Source: Phycisphaerae bacterium (lineage in GTDB: Bacteria; Planctomycetota; Phycisphaerae; UBA1845; Fen-1342). From it: a stretch of 12,300 nt of DNA. Below are positions 1-5,800 of this stretch, piece after piece. A program made the translations under genes and the position numbers. Under the pieces are notes generated by a model, which saw only the letters and a list, made by a program, of their open reading frames with translations, was not told where the DNA came from and searched no databases. Within the stretch, counting starts at the first letter, position 1, and the number at the start of each line of letters is the position of its first letter. The stretch is taken from assembly GCA_050115495.1 (NCBI GenBank), contig JASFQK010000068.1:1-12300 (forward strand), read 5' to 3'.

Positions 1-38
1 CGTTCATCGCATCTCCGTTCATCAGACCCCATACGAAA

Positions 39-66
39 AGCATAGCTATCGCAAGGCCCTTGGCAA
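39..66 (-). promoter_or_regulatory. Candidate sigma70-type promoter reading leftward out of the window
   Basis: Minus strand TTGCCA (66-61), 16 nt spacer, TATGCT (44-39). Downstream GGAG (16-13) and ATG (7-5) suggest the next gene starts at the window edge. Confidence 0.5.
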
Positions 67-80
67 GCCCTTGCCAAGGG
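57..80. repeat. Perfect inverted repeat, 10-bp stem with 4-nt loop
   Basis: CCCTTGGCAA-gccc-TTGCCAAGGG; one arm contains the putative -35 box. Confidence 0.85.
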
Positions 81-122
81 TCTGCGACCATAAGCCGCGT
101 GGGTCTGCGACCATAAGCCGCG
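78..122. repeat. 22-bp perfect direct repeat x2 (period 23), iteron-like
   Basis: GGGTCTGCGACCATAAGCCGCG at 78-99 and 101-122, ending 2 nt from the rep stop codon. Confidence 0.9.
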
Positions 123-124
123 CG

Positions 125-1414
125 TCAGAAGCCGCCCGCGTCCACGACAGACGTCGCGACTAGCAAATAGGCCTCGTGGCGAGCTGCATCCCACAACTCT
201 GCCTGAGTCTGCGTGCCCGCCTTCCGCAGCGGCGGCCCCCGCGGTCGCCGCTGTAGGACGCCGTCCATCCACAGCGACACGGGCGGAATCGGCGAGCTCC
301 GTCTCGCTTTGCGGCCACGAATCCGCGCCCACGCAGCGAGCTCCTCGTGGCGGAGCACGAATTCTTCAAGGCGCTCGACCTCCCACACCACTCCCGTGCG
401 CTCGCCGTGGCCTGCCTTCGGCACCGGCACGACGGGGTGTTTGATTCCCCGATCATCCCGGACGCGCTTCACCAGTGCGCCCGTAAATCCGGGATTTTTG
501 CGCACCGGCGGCAGGAATCCTTTCCCCGAACGGACCCGACGGAATCGAAATGGCGCGCCGAGGGGCAATTGCGTGATTTTGGCGAGCTCACCCAGTGTCT
601 GGTCCGGGCGGCGCGACAGTTTCACGAGGTAACCGGCGAGCGCCTCACGACTCCGACACCGCTCCGCGGTCGACTCGATTCCCCACCCCGTCTCTACGGC
701 GTGGCGACCCAGCTCGCCCCGAATCCCTCCTCCCAGCCGCTCGTGCTGATGCGCCAGGATCGTGAGTTCGCGCCCCGCAAATCCGGCTAGCTGGCGCGCC
801 TGAGTCTCGTCTTCGAGCGCCGCGGCGAGCTCCGGGCAATAGACCAGAAGGTTCCCGTGCGGCCATCCCGACCGATGGGCCTCGACGACCATGACCCACG
901 ACGCACCAAACGTCGTCCCATACTCGCGGTCGCAAAATCGGCGTAATCGCTTCAAAAATCGCTCGCTCATCGTCCCGAGCGAGCGATACGCCTCCCGCAC
1001 AGATGGCCATTTTTGACCGCCGCGGGTCCCGAGGCGGTCGAGCGTGAGCACAGCGAAGACCCAGCCGTCGGGCTCGTACTCGCCCCTGCTGATCGCCTCT
1101 TCGAGACGCGAGTACAGCACGTGCGCCGCGTGGGTCGCACACTTTCCACCGCACCTCCAGCTACCGCAGGTGTACGGCCGCCGCGTCTTCGACGCCTCGT
1201 CCCCCACCCGCCAGGACCAAATCCACCAGTCCTGATCCTCCAGCGTCAGCCCCTCTGCCTCACGTCGATTCCAGCAATTTTTGACGTGTTTTGGCCGTTT
1301 CCACCCGTCCTGGAATTTAGGCTCAGTGGCCGAAGTCGCCGCCCGCTCCGCGTGCGGCGACTTATCCTTGTGTCGACAAGCGCTCAGCGCCTTCGCCACG
1401 GCCGTCCCATTCAT
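125..1414 (-). CDS. rep: HUH-superfamily rolling-circle replication initiator (Rep), 429 aa
   Basis: Cys cluster CGSWRCGGKC, motif I FAVLTL, motif II VVEAHRSGWPHGNLLV, motif III GYLVK and downstream FRRVRSGKGFL, in canonical order. ATG at 1414 with GGGGTGG SD preferred over the track start at 1468. Confidence 0.85.
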   Translation of the reverse strand: MNGTAVAKALSACRHKDKSPHAERAATSATEPKFQDGWKRPKHVKNCWNRREAEGLTLEDQDWWIWSWRVGDEASKTRRPYTCGSWRCGGKCATHAAHVLYSRLEEAISRGEYEPDGWVFAVLTLDRLGTRGGQKWPSVREAYRSLGTMSERFLKRLRRFCDREYGTTFGASWVMVVEAHRSGWPHGNLLVYCPELAAALEDETQARQLAGFAGRELTILAHQHERLGGGIRGELGRHAVETGWGIESTAERCRSREALAGYLVKLSRRPDQTLGELAKITQLPLGAPFRFRRVRSGKGFLPPVRKNPGFTGALVKRVRDDRGIKHPVVPVPKAGHGERTGVVWEVERLEEFVLRHEELAAWARIRGRKARRSSPIPPVSLWMDGVLQRRPRGPPLRKAGTQTQAELWDAARHEAYLLVATSVVDAGGF

Positions 1415-1473
1415 AGACGACCACCCCGGACGCAACCTATGACCCCGCGCACGACGACCAGCCGCCAACTAGG

Positions 1474-1502
1474 TTGACAGCCGGTCGAGCGCTGGGCACA
1501 CT
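1474..1502 (+). promoter_or_regulatory. Candidate sigma70 promoter, antisense to the gene array
   Basis: TTGACA (1474-1479), 17 nt spacer, CACACT (1497-1502). Confidence 0.55.
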
Positions 1503-1508
1503 CATGCA

Positions 1509-1592
1509 CAGCGAACCTCCGTCTCGGACCCCCAACCGCGCCGTCCGTGTTCGCACTTCCGCCTCGGCTCACTACCGAGGCGGACTCCTTTT
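1509..1592 (+). ncRNA. Candidate ~85-nt counter-transcribed RNA antisense to the rep leader
   Basis: Follows the + strand promoter. GCGAAC (1511-1516) pairs with GTTCGC (1549-1554); internal TCCG-tct-CGGA hairpin; ends in a 10-bp stem followed by CTCCTTTT. Ends are approximate. Confidence 0.4.
1558..1592 (+). terminator. Strong hairpin with short T tract (imperfect intrinsic terminator, or origin hairpin)
   Basis: TCCGCCTCGG-ctcacta-CCGAGGCGGA (1558-1584), then CTCC and TTTT (1589-1592). Confidence 0.5.
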
Positions 1593-1714
1593 GTGGCTGA
1601 GGGAGCAGCCATGTGCCCACCCTGCCGCTCTATCGAGCGTCGACGCAAGCGGCCGGACGGCGTCCATGGCGGACGTAGTCCGATTTTTGCGCTTGCAATC
1701 CCCATGTCGTCAAC

Positions 1715-1766
1715 AGCACTGACAGCCTAATCAGTCCCGGCACCCGCCGGGGGCGCTGTCAATGCT
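1715..1766. other. Long imperfect stem-loop at the end of the upstream gene array
   Basis: CCCGGC-accc-GCCGGG (1736-1751), enclosed by TGACAGC/GCTGTCA (1720-1726/1755-1761) and AGCA/TGCT (1715-1718/1763-1766); overlaps the stop codon at 1759. Confidence 0.45.
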
Positions 1767-2004
1767 CTACTGCGCCCTCGGTCTTGAGGCATCGTGAGGT
1801 ACCTGACCGAGGGCGCAGCAAGGCGCTAATTGTACGGCGTCGGCGCCGTCGCGCCACCGGGATCCCGTAGTGCATGCACGCGTGCACCCAACACAGGTGC
1901 TGTCCGCTGCGACCGAGCGTCACGCTGGCCCGGTCGCAACGCGAGCAATGCGCCGCCGGCAGACGCCTTAGAGCCTGAAGTCCCAGATAATCACGCGCGT
2001 TCAC
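1759..2004 (-). CDS. Small Zn-finger-like basic protein, ~81 aa
   Basis: CSRC...LCWVH motif followed by RRRRRR. Probable GTG start at 2004 (or 2013) overlapping the upstream gene; the track start at 2157 looks over-extended. Confidence 0.55.
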   Translation of the reverse strand: MNARDYLGLQALRRLPAAHCSRCDRASVTLGRSGQHLCWVHACMHYGIPVARRRRRRTISALLRPRSGTSRCLKTEGAVEH

Positions 2005-2230
2005 GTTCTTCACCCACCAACACCTTCTCGAGCTCCTCCAGAGTCCGGGCGACTCGTTGCTCCGGCACGATCTCCGCCATCGCGGAAAAGACTTTTCGCC
2101 AGCAGCTGTCGCACAACTCCGCCCTACCGCGGGCGACGACGTCGCGCTCCCCGACACGACGCACCGAACTACTGCAGATCATCGTTGCCGGCCGTCCTCC
2201 ACACACTCCGCACGTCACGACCGCCTTCAC
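1991..2230 (-). CDS. Small Zn-finger protein (CxxC...CxxC), 79 aa
   Basis: CGVC and CDSC pairs; GTGA overlap with the glycosyltransferase stop; GGAGG 5 nt upstream. Confidence 0.75.
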   Translation of the reverse strand: MKAVVTCGVCGGRPATMICSSSVRRVGERDVVARGRAELCDSCWRKVFSAMAEIVPEQRVARTLEELEKVLVGEERERA

Positions 2231-3087
2231 GGTTGCCTCCGCTGATACGTCGCACACGCAGCGTCATCTGCCTCTACCCGCACTCCACCATGCGCACCGC
2301 AGACGTCCGGCCCCTCCGAGCTGCTTTGCCTCCACTGACAATTCCCGCACTGCGGGACCTCCCGACGCACGCGGTGCACCTCGATCCGATCGCGGCGCTT
2401 TACCTCATCGTCCACGTCTTCCCAATAGTACGTGTACGCACCCCGGTGTCCGATCCTGACTCGCGTATCGGCCGCAAGCCTCGCCCCCACCGACGCAGCT
2501 CGATGGCAGAAGGCGAAATCCTCTCCCGCGTGGCGACCGACACCCGCCTCGTCGCCCGGTGCTGGCAACACCATCCCCAAAAAATACGGGTACCCCAGCG
2601 TCTGGGACCGATCATACCGCACGCGCGGAAGCGTGAGCATCAACCGCTCAAACACCGAGCGGCGGACCATCACGCAGCCAAATCCTGTGCCTAGGATTGG
2701 TTCGTATCCACCTCCCGCTCCCAGTACTACATCGTCTCGAGCGAACAGGGTAGCGATGTGCCCGCTCTTCGCCTGTTTGCCGACATATGTTACCGCAACA
2801 ACATCATAGCCCGACTCCAGCCCCGCGGCGACGAAATGATCCAAGAGAGGGAGGCTGATCACCATGTCGTCGTCGAGCCACACCGACCACTCCGTGTCGT
2901 CTACCTCGAGCCAAATCGAGGCGAGCTCCGATCGCACCTGTGAGATATCGGACCCACCCTCGAGCTCGACGTAGCTCCGGCCGTGTTCGTATTCCCATCT
3001 CGCTACCACCTCCCGCCAGGCGGACACTCCGTGTCCGTCTCTCGTGGGAGACAGCAATGTGCACCGCTGTCCTATCAGATCCGTCAT
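2227..3087 (-). CDS. GT-A fold (GT2-like) glycosyltransferase with C-terminal Cys/His-rich domain, 286 aa
   Basis: DxD motif WLDDDM, GTGFGCVMVRRSVFE, GEDFAFC, and DTRVRIGH; C-terminal CGNC...CGAH...C. Confidence 0.85.
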   Translation of the reverse strand: MTDLIGQRCTLLSPTRDGHGVSAWREVVARWEYEHGRSYVELEGGSDISQVRSELASIWLEVDDTEWSVWLDDDMVISLPLLDHFVAAGLESGYDVVAVTYVGKQAKSGHIATLFARDDVVLGAGGGYEPILGTGFGCVMVRRSVFERLMLTLPRVRYDRSQTLGYPYFLGMVLPAPGDEAGVGRHAGEDFAFCHRAASVGARLAADTRVRIGHRGAYTYYWEDVDDEVKRRDRIEVHRVRREVPQCGNCQWRQSSSEGPDVCGAHGGVRVEADDAACATYQRRQP

Positions 3088-3096
3088 GCGCTCAGT

Positions 3097-3837
3097 CTAC
3101 AGAAGACTGAGAGCAAGGACACCTAGGCCAGCCAACACCGCGTCCTCGTTGGCGTTCTGCTGCGACGATGACCTCCGCTCCACATCTGGGAGCCGCGTTA
3201 GAGTGCAGCCATCGTGAGACGGGACTTGGTTGCTGCCAGTCACGAGACACAAACGTAGGAGCTGAGAATAGTCCTCGTGCACGTTGTTGTGCGCGTACCC
3301 AGGCGACTGGATCACCGTGTACCGCCCCGACACTGACGGAGACGCCCCAGGCGAGTACGCCCCGTAATTGCACGCCCAGTCCCGGGGCAGCCTCTTTCCC
3401 GAGTACGGGTTTCGCCTCTCCTGCAATCCCCTCGTGAGAACCCAATCCTTTGCCCCCAGGCAGCAGAGTGGCAACGAATTTCCGCGCAGGTCGAGCCCTC
3501 TCCGCCCCAGCGCGTGCACCAGCGATGCCGAGTATCGCAGCATCGCTGGCTCCTCCATCATCGCAGGAGTCCCCCCCGATTTGTCCGCGACGAAGTCCAG
3601 CTTGACCTCCGCCCGGTCTCGTATGACGTCCGCCAACAGGGGAGTAATCAGCCGGCACCCCATCGCGTCCGCCACGCGCTGCGAGGTGAGAGCAGACACG
3701 CCCCAGAACACGCCATCCAGCCGAGCAGGGGTGCGCGGCACGTGCACACCAGGAGACACCTCCACCCAGTCGCCGCCCCACAGCACGCGCCCCTCACGGA
3801 GCGCCCGCAGCCAATCGTCCACCGTCGGTTTCGCCAT
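3097..3837 (-). CDS. Uncharacterised enzyme-like protein with C-terminal membrane anchor (possible cell-wall hydrolase), 246 aa
   Basis: ATG at 3837 with GGAGG SD. Motif-like blocks QRVADAMG, KDWV, NYG, IQ, H...DYSQ; hydrophobic C-terminus AVLAGLGVLALSLL. Function inferred only. Confidence 0.7.
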   Translation of the reverse strand: MAKPTVDDWLRALREGRVLWGGDWVEVSPGVHVPRTPARLDGVFWGVSALTSQRVADAMGCRLITPLLADVIRDRAEVKLDFVADKSGGTPAMMEEPAMLRYSASLVHALGRRGLDLRGNSLPLCCLGAKDWVLTRGLQERRNPYSGKRLPRDWACNYGAYSPGASPSVSGRYTVIQSPGYAHNNVHEDYSQLLRLCLVTGSNQVPSHDGCTLTRLPDVERRSSSQQNANEDAVLAGLGVLALSLL

Positions 3838-3850
3838 TGCTCGTGCCCTC

Positions 3851-4564
3851 CTAGAACGGTATCGCGTCCAGATCGGAGTAGACCCAGTCCGAGCCGGCAC
3901 GAGGGCGGCGCCGTTGTTCGCGTTCGAGGCGTTCCAAATAGCGCGCCTCGCTCTCGCCTCGCTCGAACGCCTCGCGAGCCTCCCGTTCAGCGATGGCCCC
4001 CATCGCTGCCACGACGTCGGCCTCATTTTCAGAGACCCACTCGACGAACGCCTCGGTGCGCGATTTACCCGGCACTCGAGTCTGGACGCGGCTCTTGAAC
4101 CTTTCCCACACTGGCTGGAGTTCAGCCGGCAGGTTGTTGCGGACCTGCTCATCCGACTCCTGCCGCCGGCTGAACGTGCTGCCGTGTCCTCGTCGCAACT
4201 GGTCGCGTTTCCACGCTGACCCCATCCGCACGCGCTGCTCAAGCGCGTCGCGGGCAGCGAGCTCGGCCTCCGCCCGCGCAATCGCCGTATTGCCCCGCGC
4301 CCGCGCTTTCTCCCGTGCCGCTCGGTATCGTCGCTCAGCGTCGGCTCTCATCTCCGCGACCCGTTCGTTCACCCACTCCCGCCACTGAGCCCGAAATGCC
4401 GCCAGTCGATCCGCCAGGCGCGCGCGCGCCCGCCTGATTGCCGCCCGGACCGCGTTTATCCGAGCCCGCTTCGCCGCTCGAGCCCGATCCACCGCTCCGC
4501 GCAACTGCGCGCGCTCCTCCCGCGAGAGGCGCCGCGCCAGCTGCTCGGACGGCGGCGCCGCCAT
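3851..4564 (-). CDS. Arg/Ala-rich helical (coiled-coil) protein with SSB-like acidic tail, 237 aa
   Basis: TGATG overlap at 4562-4566 defines the start; ends ...SDLDAIPF. Confidence 0.75.
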   Translation of the reverse strand: MAAPPSEQLARRLSREERAQLRGAVDRARAAKRARINAVRAAIRRARARLADRLAAFRAQWREWVNERVAEMRADAERRYRAAREKARARGNTAIARAEAELAARDALEQRVRMGSAWKRDQLRRGHGSTFSRRQESDEQVRNNLPAELQPVWERFKSRVQTRVPGKSRTEAFVEWVSENEADVVAAMGAIAEREAREAFERGESEARYLERLEREQRRRPRAGSDWVYSDLDAIPF

Positions 4565-4884
4565 CACACCCCCACGGGGATCGTGACGCCGTAGGCTTGA
4601 GCGGCTGCCGTGATGATGCCCTCCGGCACCGCGCGATCCACGCGGACCGCCCACACGCGGCCGTTGTTTGGATCTACCGAATAGCGCAACACAAACATCT
4701 CAGCATGCGGGCCATACGCGCCGGGCAGCGCCATCACGTCCCACGTCTCAAATGTCGCGTTTGCCACGCGCTCCCGTCGGAACTTCGAGCTTGACGAGCT
4801 GCTCGAGCTCGAGCTCGAGCTGCTCATTTGCGTCCACAGGAAATAGCCGCCCGCTGCCAGCGCCACCCAGTGCCACAACTTCAC
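4564..4884 (-). CDS. Small N-anchored membrane protein with Ser13 linker, 106 aa
   Basis: GTGA overlap start with AGGAGG SD; hydrophobic LWHWVALAAGGYFLW; poly-Ser; small globular C-terminal domain. Confidence 0.75.
   Translation of the reverse strand: MKLWHWVALAAGGYFLWTQMSSSSSSSSSSSSSKFRRERVANATFETWDVMALPGAYGPHAEMFVLRYSVDPNNGRVWAVRVDRAVPEGIITAAAQAYGVTIPVGV
4786..4824. repeat. AGCTCG-based microsatellite encoding 13 Ser
   Basis: Codons agc agc tcg agc tcg agc tcg agc agc tcg tca agc tcg; 4801-4820 is a perfect 20-bp palindrome. Confidence 0.85.
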
Positions 4885-5003
4885 GGTGACCTCCTACTGC
4901 TGAAAAACCACAGAGCGAACGCAGCACCGCCGATCGCCACGATCACCCATTCCGTTTCGCTCCAGCCGCTCCGTCCGATCGTCCGTCGTCGTCTACGTTT
5001 CAT
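4881..5003 (-). CDS. 40 aa membrane micro-peptide, prepilin-like N-terminus (paralog B)
   Basis: MKRRRRRTIGRSGWSETEWVIVAIGGAAFALWFFSSRRSP; GAAGGAG SD; ATGA and GTGA overlaps on both sides. Confidence 0.75.
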   Translation of the reverse strand: MKRRRRRTIGRSGWSETEWVIVAIGGAAFALWFFSSRRSP

Positions 5004-5116
5004 TGCTGCTCCTTCCGTTGAAGGGCCCACAACGCAAACGCGATCCCCCCAATCGCGATGATCCACTCGGTTTCCGTCCACCCTCCTCGACGTCTCACCC
5101 GTTTGATCTTCTTCAT
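5000..5116 (-). CDS. 38 aa membrane micro-peptide, prepilin-like N-terminus (paralog A); absent from ORF track
   Basis: Hand translation MKKIKRVRRRGGWTETEWIIAIGGIAFALWALQRKEQQ; ATGA overlaps at 5113-5116 and 5000-5003; clearly similar to the adjacent 40 aa peptide. Confidence 0.8.
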   Translation of the reverse strand: MKKIKRVRRRGGWTETEWIIAIGGIAFALWALQRKEQQ

Positions 5117-5496
5117 CGCACCATCCCCAGCACCACCGCCCGGTGGTCAATCTGCCTCCCGTCGCGGGCGACTCGGTACACCTCGGCCGGCACCCGAGTG
5201 GCACCAGCCTGACGTGCCGCACGCCACCGATGGACGCCGTCCCACACGACGGCCAGCGCCGCATCTCCGGCGCTCATCACCCGGATCGTGACGGGTCCCG
5301 CGATCTCGGCGGCCACATTCGGATCGGCGCGGTGCTCGCGATAGAGCGCCTCGAGTTCGCGGCGGGTTCCGCTGCGAACTCGGCGATGAGTCAACTCGAA
5401 GCGCCGCCAGTGGTGGAGCGACTGCGGCGTGACGAGCTGAGCGAACAGCACGCGCGCAGCCTCATCACCCCGTCGTCGCATCTCCGCCGCGTCCAC
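5113..5496 (-). CDS. Stand-alone ParB/Sulfiredoxin-like domain protein, ~127 aa
   Basis: PVTI...VVWDGVHRWRAARQAGATRVPAEV matches the DGxHRxxA motif. GTG at 5496 with AGGAGG SD (alternative ATG at 5481). Confidence 0.75.
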   Translation of the reverse strand: MDAAEMRRRGDEAARVLFAQLVTPQSLHHWRRFELTHRRVRSGTRRELEALYREHRADPNVAAEIAGPVTIRVMSAGDAALAVVWDGVHRWRAARQAGATRVPAEVYRVARDGRQIDHRAVVLGMVR

Positions 5497-5497
5497 C

Positions 5498-5800
5498 CTA
5501 CTCCTCCTCACGCCGTTGGACGAGGTCTTCGAGCCGACAGATAGTTGAATGGATTCTGTCCGAGACCTCCAAAATCGCCGCACTGGAGGATTTCGCGTCT
5601 CTAACTCGTGCGGTCTGCTCGGCGTCCAATTGCGCGCGAGTCTCCCGCACGGACACCTGGAGCCGCGCGATTTCTTCGCGCAGCCACTGCACCTCCGCCG
5701 AGTGACGGCGGCCCAGCTCCCGCATCATCACCACCGCAGCAGTGACCGCGAGCGCGAGGGCCCCGAGGGGACCCAAGACGAGCTGGAGCCACTCATCCAC
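5498..5800 (-). CDS. Holin-like protein (single N-terminal TM plus coiled coil), 100 aa
   Basis: LVLGPLGALALAVTAAVVMM followed by a charged helical region; overlaps the lysin stop. Confidence 0.6.
   Translation of the reverse strand: MDEWLQLVLGPLGALALAVTAAVVMMRELGRRHSAEVQWLREEIARLQVSVRETRAQLDAEQTARVRDAKSSSAAILEVSDRIHSTICRLEDLVQRREEE

Noticed and set aside
78..122. 22-bp repeat as a mini CRISPR array
   Set aside because: Only two copies separated by 1 nt; no spacer and no cas genes.
125..1414. Rep as an IS91 or IS200 transposase, or a relaxase
   Set aside because: Motif order I-II-III with Tyr after HUH fits an RCR initiator and not a relaxase; context is viral; no IS ends seen. Distant IS91 kinship is not excluded.
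1509..1592. tRNA or att-associated tRNA fragment
   Set aside because: No T-loop GTTCRA in a cloverleaf context and no acceptor stem or CCA; no integrase in the window.
1683..1713. Minus-strand promoter for rep (TTGACG...AAAAAT)
   Set aside because: 19-nt spacer and weak -10 box; not supportable.
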